A program made the translations under genes and the position numbers. Below, one piece after another: positions 52,901 through 64,000 of a DNA stretch of 64,000 nt. Source of the DNA: Octopus bimaculoides (lineage: Eukaryota). Every line of letters starts with the position of its first letter. Position 1 is the first letter of the stretch. Under the pieces are notes generated by a model. That model was not told the origin of the DNA and made no database searches. It saw only the letters and a list, made by a program, of their open reading frames with translations. Where the stretch lies: assembly GCF_001194135.2 (NCBI RefSeq), contig NC_068984.1, positions 75,952,620 to 76,016,619 on the forward strand, given 5' to 3'.

Positions 52901-54654
52901 ATGAGCTCAAAAAGCAAAGAGCCAGGACAAATGCTGCCACACAAAGTCAGCTAAACTGAGGGGAGAAAGTAGTCAATTATACCAGCCTCAATATTAGACT
53001 AATACTTTATTTTATCAAGCCTGAAAAGATGAAAACAAAGCCAATTCTGGTGAGAGTTGAACTCTATACAGAGAGCTGAAAGAAATAACACAAAGCCTTT
53101 TCTCCAGTGTTCTAATGATTCTCCTAGTCATCTGCCTTAATACTAATAACAAAATGGTTGATCAGAGCAATTATTGTTGGTCAACACAATTATATCAGAC
53201 AATTATCATTACTATTAGAAGCTTGAACTTAGGAAAATATGTATAGAAAAATAAGAAAGAAGCAAGGATCAGAAGATAAATATAGAAATGGCAAAACATT
53301 TTATATATATTGGGTATACAGTACTGAGAGAAAGATGGAGATAAGTAGAATGACATAGCAGGAGATTCACTATATTAAGAGCTTGGTTTCTTAAAGAGAG
53401 TGCTGAAATGCAAAGTCATGAAATTATAATGACAGTGAATCAAGAGGATTGGGTAAAATATAAGGAATAACTTGTCTTCATTTCAAGATTATTCAAGTAG
53501 AGTGTAACCAAGAACAGAAGAGGTAACAGTAAAGATTTAATTTTAGCTGGAGACTGCATTGGCTGTCTGCTCCAAGATCAAGATATCAGAGAATGAGGAC
53601 AGTGAAATAATGAAATATGGCAAGAAATATAGAGGTGAAAAATTGAGTTAGCACTGCACTGAATCTAAATTACCAGTTAAAAGAGAAAGAAAGCAGAGCA
53701 AATGTCTACAAATAAGTTGATGAAAGAGAGAAGTACGTAGAAAACAAATCAAGAATAAGATTGATCAAGTGAGGAAGAAAAAAAAAAAAAAAAAAAAAAA
53801 AAAGAGAGAAAAAATCTCATCCATTTTGTATCAGTGTTTGTTGGAAATGAAATAGATATTTATTTCATGGTTAAAAAAATGCATAAGAAAGACTTCATTT
53901 TCCAGTTTCAGGAAAAATGAAATCAAAACAATTTGTTAATTTATGCACGGTCTTTTCACAGAACTTCAAGAGTGCTATATAGAAAACAAAAGAAAAAAAA
54001 CTTAGTAGATAGAAACAAAATGTAGCAAGAGATAAATGTAAGCAAAATGACAAGAGGAAACATTTTGTGTAGGTAATTGTAAACAAAGAAAATGTTTGTA
54101 CATGTTACTCAAAATAGAATAGAGAAAAAAAGAAAAATGTTAATTGAGGATATAGGTAAAACATGCATCTTAGTTGAGACCAATCCACCTTTGCTTCTAA
54201 AATACAGAATCTGTTATAATTTTATTTGAGAAACTTTTAAGCTAATTTTCCAAACACCAACTAAATATGCTGATAAATAGTAAGTTAAATGAAGGTGACT
54301 TCATGCAAGCAATCACTCAAGCTGCTAGAGAAAGCAACAAAATCTCCCTAAACTAATACGTTTTTAATAAAGAACACATTGGGTATTATAATTTTAGATA
54401 CAGTGTACGTGAAAATAAGAGATGTGATGGCTGTGGCTGGAACACACTTGAACACAGGCCTATTCAATCAGTTCTGATAGGGATTAACATATTTTGTTAC
54501 CATATTTCTTTTGAAGTTCATTATTTTCTTTAAATTTATTTTGGAAATAAGGGTACTAAAATAATTTTATTATTAAGCTGTTTGAAATTTAAATTTAGAT
54601 CACTTTAAAACAGAGCCAGGAGAGTTTCAGGCAAGTTGGTATGAAAAGAGTTAA

Positions 54655-55068
54655 CCCTTTAGCATTTAAACCAGCCATATACACCCCAAACATTCAGTCT
54701 GCTTTATGTCCAAGCTGACCAGATCTGATTTCTCACACCTCCCATACAATGTCCTTCAAAAACATATACAATCACATCATTGAAGTCTCAAAGCTACATG
54801 ATCATGCATGATCAATTCAAAACAATATGAAGAAATAAGTGTTGCATTTGACACAACCAATACATAAAAAACAGAAATCAGTGTTAACTGTTTAACATTC
54901 AAACTGGCCATATCTGGCCAAAAATATTCTGGCCTCTCACACCTATCCAACAATGCCATTCTAAAAATAAAACAATCACATCATTGAAATCTCAAAGTGA
55001 TGAGATAAAGTATGATTAATTCAAAACAATGTGAATGAAGAGGACAGAGTAATCTGAATGCTAGAGGG
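54655..55068. mobile_element. piggyBac-like MITE family 1, tandem dimer (414 bp)
   Basis: TTAA+ccctttagcatt ... gaatgctagaggg+TTAA. The internal block aatcacatcattgaaxtctcaaag...aattcaaaacaat occurs twice (about 54771 and 54974). Confidence 0.8.
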
Positions 55069-56195
55069 TTAAAGCCAATCCAAATTCTTGATTATTTTAA
55101 AATTTAAATGAAGCTTAATGTATTTCATTAGAAACACACTAAAAAAAAAGTACTATACTTTAAAGAACCGATATTAAATACAATATAGAAATAGAGAATA
55201 GAGTTTGTTTGACTAAAGAAATTAATGGAATTAAGTTTTCAGTCTAGTATCTAAGATGTTAAATAGCCGAAAGGATATGGGCAAGCCAACAAAGGTTAAC
55301 AGCATGAGGTTATGATATTCAACAAATGCCAGCATTCGGCCCCTGTTGTTTAACCCTGGGAGAGAACTGAACTAGGAAACCTAAAATCAAAGGTATTCCA
55401 GTAGTGACAATCTGTTTTATTTTCCTTCAGATAGTGTATTTTGGGCTACATTCTTCAATGTGTCCTTTCCTTTTTTGCAAAGCAGAAACTGATTTGAAGG
55501 TGATCTGGTTGTTCGTTTTTTCTAGCAAGCTGAGGTATTGTACAAGAGGTTCCCTCTGGTGAGTATTATGTGTATTTATGTATAATGTACACTATTTTTC
55601 CAAATGTTTATTTCTAACCTAAAAATTAAAGGTGGATATTATACATAAAATAACTAAAAGCTATTTTTGCCTTTTATCAAAAGTCTGAAATGTACACAAT
55701 TTATGTCCCATGAAATTACACAAAAAACATGAATACAATAGTTTAAAATGTTTTCTGACTGAAAATTTTAAATGCTTGTTTCAGCTTATTAAGATTCTGG
55801 CTACAAAAAAACTTTCTGAAGTTAGCACAGAGGGGACACACACACACACACACACACACACAAATCAATATTTTGAAATATGCACTCCAAAACATAATTT
55901 TCTTTTTTTTTCAAGAAAGTAAATAAAAATGTGCATTCCCATCAAATTACAAAAAAACAGTTAAAAAAAATTTTTTTTTTTGCAAGCTTGTTATTCATGT
56001 TTTAAAGAGTGGTCCTTCATTTTATATACAACCAGTAGAGCAACCAACAAGCAAACAGGTACGAAATTAAATTAACACTGCATAGAAAGTTGTGATTTGA
56101 GTGAAAAGTGGCTGCTATTTCTAGCATGTCTAGCTATCATGCAGATGCCTCATTTATTGATTCTATGTATGACTGCACTTTGCAATATTACATGC

Positions 56196-56350
56196 ATGGC
56201 TGTGTGGCTCATAAGTTTGCATTGCACCTATGTTGTTTCAAGTTCAGTCCCACTGAATGGCACCTTAGGCAAATGAATATATAGCTCTGCATTAACTAAT
56301 GCCTTCAAGTGAATTTGATAGACAGAAATTCAGGAAGTCTGTCGTATATG
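56196..56350 (+). mobile_element. CORE-like SINE family A fragment
   Basis: catggctgtgtggctcataag...caagttcagtcccactgaatggcaccttaggcaaat. Confidence 0.65.
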
Positions 56351-56657
56351 TATGAATGTGCACAGATGTTGACAGCCCATGTTACATGAATACATCATTA
56401 TCATCATTTAATGTCTGTTTTCCATGCTGGGATGGGTTGAACAGCCAGCTGGAAAACTGCCTGGGCCCCATTTTATCTGTTTTCCTAACATTAACCACTT
56501 TACAGAGTGCACTGGGTGCTTTTAACAAGGCACTGACACAGACGCTGTCATTATGTTCAAGGACTCATAGTGAGTCTGCATTGAGTTTGAGTATTGTGAA
56601 GCAATCTTTATCTATTAAGTGTAAAGTTTTGCAATTGATTATGTCATGTCATGTTAT

Positions 56658-56924
56658 ATGTGTGTGTGTGTGAAGAGAGAAGGGAGGGAGGGAGGGAGAG
56701 AGGGGGGAGAGAGGGGGGGGAGAGAGAGAGAGAGAGAGNNNNNNNNNNNNNNNNNNNNNNNNNNNNNNNNNNNNNNNNNNNNNNNNNNNNNNNNNNNNNN
56801 NNNNNNNNNNNNNNNNNNNNNNNNNNNNNNNNNNNNNNNNNNNNNNNNNNNNNNNNNNNNNNNNNNNNNNNNNNNNNNNNNNNNNNNNNNNNNNNNNNNN
56901 NNNNNNNNNGGGGGAGAGAGGGGG

Positions 56925-56960
<36 letters not shown>
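56658..56960. repeat. (TG)n followed by a (GGGA)/(GA)n purine tract with an internal gap
   Basis: Direct reading of the sequence. Confidence 0.9.
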
Positions 56961-56963
<3 letters not shown>

Positions 56964-57592
56964 TGGTTGGTTGCCAATATCACCCATAGAGGTTAAGTTT
57001 TGTTTTATCTATGGTGGTGCTTCACTCCAGAAAGGAGAAAGACAGTTAAGAAACAGAGAATAGAGGAGAGAGAAAATGAAAGTTGAGTAATTGCAAATGA
57101 TCCATATTAAAAACAACCTGTGATGATTACAGAGAAATGTGTAACTAGTAAAAAATAGCATTTAAATGAGCAATACAATCATCTTGCTATGTAAACTACA
57201 CCATTAACAACTGCTAACACCTCTAACCTGACAGAAAATAGCAAGCAAATCTCCCTCAGACTTCACCATGCCATCTTACAAAGGAAGAATGAGTAGGATA
57301 ATGTCCTGAATAAACTATTTGAATATGGCTGGGGCGTCTCTGAGCAATCATAGCTGACCTGGAGCTAAACAACAAAAAAAGCAACACCTCTACTACCACT
57401 AAGAGCTAATGAAGGAGCTTGTGAGCTGTTATTCAGTCTGTTAGAAATAGTAACCAAATTTCCCTAAAACTAAACACAATTGCTTAAAAAAATGGAACAA
57501 TACATTGCATAATGTAGCCCTAGATACATTAAAAACAGAGTGGTCATAACAGGAAAGTAGCCCTTGAGTATGAGTCTGTTTAAATTGGGGTT

Positions 57593-57947
57593 GTTGGTAC
57601 TCCGTCGAGGGTTCCAGTTGATCCGATCAACGGAACAGCCTGCGCGTGAAATTAACGTGCAAGTGTCTGAGCACTCCACAGACACGTGTACCCTTAACGT
57701 AGTTCTCGTGGAGATTCAGCGTGACACAGCGTGACAAGGCTGACTCTTTGAATTACAGGCACAACAGAAACAGGAAGTAAGAGTGAAAGAGTACAGTAAG
57801 GTTCGCCACCATCCCCTGCCGGAGCCTCGTGGAGCTTTAGTTGTTTTCGCTCAACAAACACTCACAACGCCCGGTCTGGGAATCGAAATTGCGATCCTAT
57901 GACCGTGAGTCCGCTGCCCTAACCACTGGGCCATTGCGCCTCCACTC
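57593..57947 (-). mobile_element. Young full-length tRNA-derived SINE (family E) with an 11-bp TSD
   Basis: Head gtggaggcgcaatggcccagtggttagggcagcggactc...tttcgattccc (A/B boxes), CpG-rich body and AAC tail. aaattggggtt is duplicated at 57582-92 and 57948-58. Confidence 0.88.
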
Positions 57948-58254
57948 AAATTGGGGTTAAGTAACAACAAACATCACCAACAGCAGGCACTTCCATTGAT
58001 TGGATCAAGTGGAACCCTTGTCATCATAACCGAGTAAGAGCCAGTAACTTCCATCCTGCTGTCTTAAATAAGCAAAGAACAAATTTTGTCTGGATTTCTG
58101 AAATAATAACTATCATTATTATATAGTGATATATTGGAACCAGAGTCATAATTACAATGTCTGGTGATTGTGCACATTGGCTTTGCCTGTTCTATGTCTA
58201 ACACTTGTGGACATGCTTACACACAGAACCCCCCCCCCCCAAAAAAAAACCCAA

Positions 58255-58400
58255 CGTCCATGACTTTCATAAACATTTTTTGCATGCTCAGAATTGCTGA
58301 AGCATGGAATAAGCTACTGAATTAGTTGTTAGCTGTTGGGACATTATATCTTTCAAAATTTCCATGCTCCCTGAAATTCACCAACAATACACCTGATGCA
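58255..58400 (+). mobile_element. CR1/L2-type LINE ORF2 3'-end fragment
   Basis: aaacattttttgcatgctcagaattgctgaagcatggaataagcta corresponds to a decayed FFxxRVxxAWNxLP motif. Confidence 0.55.
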
Positions 58401-58589
58401 CCCCATCTCCATTTTATTTTTTTTATTTTTTTACAAAGAAATTATTCACTGTTCACTTCCTGTGCATATTCTATGTAATGTTCATGTAGTTTTGGTTACT
58501 TTTACTGATGAATTGTAGTGCACCTGAGCACTGTATATAATAAATTCTTTATTATTTTATTATTAATATTTGGTAATCCTTTATATTTT

Positions 58590-58900
58590 ACTTGTTTCAG
58601 TCATTAGACTGCAGCCATGTTGACACCACCTTGAAGAATTTTTGTTGAGTGAATCAACCCCAATAATTCAGCTCTTTTTTTTTTTTTTTAGCCTGTTTTT
58701 TTTCTCTCACTAAACTGCTAAGTTACGGGGACATAAACAAATCAACACCAGTTGTCAAGTGGTGGTGGAAGACAAATACAAAAACAAAGACACGTACATA
58801 TACACGATGGGCTTCTTTCAGCTTCCATCAACCAAATCAATTCACAAAGGTTTGGTTGACCCAACACTATAGAAGACTGAACTTGGAGCCATGTGGTTTG
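58590..58900 (-). mobile_element. CORE-like SINE family A, 3' two-thirds
   Basis: gtttcagtcattagactgcagccatg...aaactgctaagttacggggacataaac...gggcttctttcagcttcc. Confidence 0.7.
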
Positions 58901-61471
58901 GAATGTTCTTGGTATTTCAAACTGAATCCTTTATTAAATTCATGTAGGTAGATTGTTCTTATTCTGTGGTCCATATTAGAGATATTCTCAGACAGGTTAT
59001 TCTCCAATTGTTGCTGATGCTAACTTATTTTGCCTGCCTGACTGATATTGTCTGCCGGAATATTGTCTGCCTGACTGAGAGATTGAACACCCATTAGCTA
59101 AACTATTACAATTAACACCTGACACTTAACAATTTCATTCATTGTCCTACAGCTCCAAAAGACAATTAGATATTGGAAATTAGGAGCTTTAGATCTAACT
59201 AGACTGGATAATGGTTGGGTACAGCCTACCTGGGGTTAAAAAACCACCACCAACATCAACAACTCTGGTTAACATCCTCCATTACAGCCACCACCTACTG
59301 CATCCTTGTTGCAACAAAAACACCTTGATAATTCTACCAGCCTACATTAACTGAATTTATTGATCAACTCTCAATTACATATATTCAGTCTAGCTAATAA
59401 TAGTCAATTTTTTTCCTGTTTATTTTACCATTACACAGTACACTTCCAAATACACACACACACACACACAAAATACTGTTGTTACAGTTGTAAAATTAAA
59501 CAGCAAACATTTACTGATGAAAAAACTCAATACTTTTAGTGAAGTCAAATTTATTACATATACTAGTTTTTTTTTTTGTTATTCGCATCTTATTCAACCA
59601 GTGTGCAGTTTATTTAAGCAGACTGAATAAGTTGCAAGTAGCTAAAGTCTCAGTCAATCTGACATGTATAATACAACAATATATACATATGTACTATACT
59701 TATCTGGTGCGCGTGTGTGCAAAGAAAAGCATTCCCCCTAGGTTTTTAGTAGTTCATTGGCTTCTGCATCCTTTTCATTTTTTTAAAGTACTTTTCTAAT
59801 TTATTTTTTAAATTCTATTCACTACATTCATTATTTTCCCACTCTTTCTCTCTCCCTAGATTCCTTATTTCACTTCTTTTTTTTTTTCTGAAGAAGGACT
59901 AATGCCTAGAATATTAATACACTTCAAAAGTATTGAATTAATGCTGTATTCATCACACTTTGTATTTTTGGCATTGTTGTCTTTGTTTTTTTTAATGTAT
60001 TTTGACTTTACACACATATACACACCATATTTTCCAGACAAGTTAAATTTTTCAGTCCAAAATGTACAGCCAAAAAAGATAGGTCAACTTATGCACTTGT
60101 TTACACTATTTACTAAGCTGAAAATACAATTTATCTATATACCTATTATATCCTTATGGATAAGCGAATACACTGCAACAGTGCAATAACAACAATCTTT
60201 TAAGAACCAACAATCCAACAAGCTAACTCAAACTGTAAACTTTAAACTGTCAACTACCTCACTTACTCAGACCACTACTATTTATATGTAGTGGTCCAGT
60301 CCATTCCCGCCAGGGGGAATTGTACTATTGCACAACACTATCTATCATCATTTAGATATCTATTTATCTATATCTACATCTCTCTTTCTCTATCTCTCTC
60401 TCTCGATACACACACACACAAGATATTTTTTATTTGAGCTTTAGTGAAATTTTTAAAATATATTTTTTTAATGTGTGTATGAGGTTTTGCTTTATTTAAA
60501 TGTCTTCTATTCGAGCATTTACTGTGTTGGTTTCAATCAAATTTGTGAAATGTATTCAGCTTTACAGATATGTTTATCATCATGTTCCTTTTGTAGGTAA
60601 TTTGAACAATATGTAAACTATTTCTCCATTGAATACTAATAACTAGTAGTAGAAATGACATAGCATTCTTTTCAACAGTTTCACCAATCATATGGAATAT
60701 TTGGCTCCTTTGTAAATGATGATATTATGAATGTAAAAAGAATATTCACAAAGGCTACTTAATTTCTACCAAAGAATTTTGATATTTAGATAAAACTCTT
60801 AGATGATCAAGATAATNNNNNNNNNNNNNNNNNNNNNNNNNNNNNNNNNNNNNNNNNNNNNNNNNNNNNNNNNNNNNNNNNNNNNNNNNNNNNNNNNNNN
60901 NNNNNNNNNNNNNNNNNNNNNNNNNNNNNNNNNNNNNNNNNNNNNNNNNNNNNNNNNNNNNNNNNNNNNNNNNNNNNNNNNNNNNNNNNNNNNNNNNNNN
61001 NNNNNNNNNNNNNNNNNNNNNNNNNNNNNNNNNNNNNNNNNNNNNNNNNNNNNNNNNNNNNNNNNNNNNNNNNNNNNNNNNNNNNNNNNNNNNNNNNNNN
61101 NNNNNNNNNNNNNNNNNNNNNNNNNNNNNNNNNNNNNNNNNNNNNNNNNNNNNNNNNNNNNNNNNNNNNNNNNNNNNNNNNNNNNNNNNNNNNNNNNNNN
61201 NNNNNNNNNNNNNNNNNNNNNNNNNNNNNNNNNNNNNNNNNNNNNNNNNNNNNNNNNNNNNNNNNNNNNNNNNNNNNNNNNNNNNNNNNNNNNNNNNNNN
61301 NNNNNNNNNNNNNNNNNNNNNNNNNNNNNNNNNNNNNNNNNNNNNNNNNNNNNNNNNNNNNNNNNNNNNNNNNNNNNNNNNNNNNNNNNNNNNNNNNNNN
61401 NNNNNNNNNNNNNNNNNNNNNNNNNNNNNNNNNNNNNNNNNNNNNNNNNNNNNNNNNNNNNNNNNNNNNNN

Positions 61472-61895
61472 NGGGTGGCACATAAAATACACCATTTTGA
61501 GCGTGGCCATTGCCAGTACCGCCTGACTGGCCTTCGTGCGGGTGACACATAAAAGCACCCACTACACTCTCTGAGTGGTTGGCGTTAGGAAGGGCATCCA
61601 GCTGTAGAAACTTTGCTAAATCAGATTGGAGCCTGGTGTTGCCATCCGGTTTCACCAGTCCTCAGTCAAATCATCCAACCCATGCTAGCATGGAAAGCGG
61701 ACGTTAAACGATGATGATGATGATCATCATCATTTAACATCTGCTTCCAAGCTGGCATGGGTTGGACAGTTTGACATGGAACTGGCTAGCAGGGAATCGC
61801 CTTCTGTCCAACTATCTGTTGTGGCATGGTTTCTATGGCTGGATGCCCTTCCCAATGCCAATCAATGTGCTGGGTGCTGTTTACATGCCACTGGC
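61472..61895. mobile_element. Two family B elements joined tail-to-tail (young + copy 61472-61723; older - copy 61724-61895)
   Basis: ...ggacgttaaacgatgatgatgatga|tcatcatcatttaacatctgcttccaagctggcatggg... Confidence 0.88.
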
Positions 61896-63637
61896 ATCTA
61901 TCTACACACAGACCTATATACATGTGTATAGTATGTGTGTGTGTGTAAAGTATTACAAACTATATATTATAATATTCATACGACTTGTTTATTTGATGAT
62001 TGTTTACATTGGGTCATTTTACGTCCTATAACTTAGTGGTTTGATGCACAGATTAACAAAATAATTAGGTAGATGAGAATAAATTACAAGATCAATGTGA
62101 TTGTGATGATATACTTTTAGGTGGTGCCCCAGCATGGCCACTGTCAAATGACAAAACCAGTAAAAGAATGTGTGCACATGCAATGAGTGTAAAACTTAAA
62201 AGTTTATTTATCCAGAGAGAAATAACTAGATGAAGAGATTCTTCACTAAAAAGAAAGAGTTATTCTAAACAGCTCCAAAACATTAAATTTTGATTACACT
62301 ACTACTACAAACAACTAAAGCAACAACAACTAGCAACCACACAAGCAAAACTAATTAGATTGTCAAGATAACAGAATTTATCAAATAAATCATTACAACA
62401 ATTTTATAATCTCTTAAATGCACTGTCTACTGAGTCAATCAATGCACAGGGAAGTATAGCTTTGTTGTCAGTTTAGTGTATAAAAAGCTTGGGGATAGAT
62501 GCTGGATCTCTTCATTGAACAAACTGTCCATGGAGTTAATGTATTGTACACTTAGTAATTCTGTTTTTGATATATTATGCTCCTCCACCAATATCAATGA
62601 AGTTCTGAAAACATAAGTTTGTGTTCTGTGAAAAGGGGTGACTTTTGGCACTTGAAGCAGAGTCTTTCAATATAGATACAAGATATGACTGATTTCTTTG
62701 GATTCTAGTTTTCTTTGTCATGTTTCCACTCAGTTAAAGACTACATGGAATGTCATGACATGCAATGCTTTGTCTTTTGGAGATGCTGAGTATTAGGTTT
62801 GGGAAAGTAGCGCTTTTATTAACACCACTGTCCAATCTGTTTATGCATACCAGTTGTTTTCTCCAAGTCAGAACAGATCAATTAGGCCATGATCAAAGAT
62901 ATTCAAGCTTTGAGAGAGAACTGGGTGCTGCTTCTAGCAGATTAAACAGCCAGCTGTATATTGGGTTCCTTGGTGACTCAATATTTATTAGGTTCTGATA
63001 GTGGCAGTCATGCTGTTTGAGCACCTCAATTTTATTATACATGCTGGTTTACCTTACTCAGTCACCTTTTTAAAATGAAGAAAAAAAATCCAAAATTAAC
63101 AATATCTGGATTTTTTTAATGTAAAAAAAGCAAAAAAAAAAAAAAAACATTTCTTCAGGACAATATGAAGGAACACTTAGCATTTAATTGGCACCTGTTG
63201 CAGTCTACGCTTCTGAAGTCATTTAAACCCTTCATTATTTTGAAAATTTACTTGACTGTATGATCACAGTGTAGTAGTTCTATTAGACATGAGACCTCAA
63301 AAAAATTTAAAAGAGCCAGTTGTAGCATGTCATAACATGAGTGACACAGCAGTCTCATACAGAGAATTCATGGAAATGGAGTGACAGTTCGTATAGCTAT
63401 ATAAATGAAATGAAGTTTAAAATGCAATTGGGGTCTTTGAGAAGATTTATTTACATTAACTGAACTGGTTTCTGAGAATTGAAATAGTTACTGTAGAGTC
63501 CCATATCCCTATATCTCTTACTGTTTTTTAAAAAAAATAATGGTAGCAGTTAAGTTCATGCAAATAAATCTTTTTTTAAAGGCTACAAGTGATTTTCATC
63601 TTCATTTCTCTGTATTTATGAGTGAAAAGATTCTATT

Positions 63638-63741
<104 letters not shown>

Positions 63742-64000
63742 ATTACTAGTTGGCCACTGTCAAGTAAGTACTCAAAATGATAATACACTAAGAATTAAAA
63801 TTAAATTATTTCACTACAAACAACAATGCATTTCAATCTTGTGTAAAATTGAAGCCCATTGCAGTTGGTAAGAAAACAGTACACACACACACAGACACAT
63901 TTTTATTTGGAGATAAGGATTCCCATTTCTACATGGAGTTTTACAATTGTGTACAATCATTTTCATGCATATATCTGCCTCAAGTATCAGACAAGCACAA

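Noticed and set aside
57880-57947. tRNA gene
   Set aside because: The tRNA-like head continues into a SINE body with a TSD, and no complete cloverleaf is evident.
62400-63060. Coding-looking stretch tested as the missing AEBP2 zinc-finger exon
   Set aside because: Stops in all minus-strand frames and no C2H2 pattern; probably an old TE relic that I cannot classify.

Overview
AT-rich, microsatellite- and retroposon-dense animal genomic DNA with five assembly gaps. The repeat landscape suggests a coleoid cephalopod such as Octopus (inference). The only protein-coding gene I can support is the 3' end of an AEBP2/jing orthologue (PRC2.2 accessory subunit) on the minus strand. Its three exons (29142-29018, 22724-22657, 16126-15979) have canonical AG/GT sites and compatible phases. 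They splice to [112 protein letters not shown]. None of these exons appears as a complete, correctly framed ORF in the supplied track. The zinc-finger exons were not found, so 29143-64000 is probably one intron of at least 34.8 kb. The rest is decayed RTE/CR1 LINEs, several SINE families, two deleted mariner copies, a DD37D-like transposase relic, two TTAA-flanked piggyBac-like MITE families and simple repeats. The most notable non-coding structures lie in the AEBP2 pre-mRNA: a 1.25-kb inverted duplication, tail-to-tail retroposon hairpins, a local 290-bp duplication and stop-containing candidate cassette exons. I found no evidence for a novel multi-gene system; the regulatory ideas below are hypotheses.
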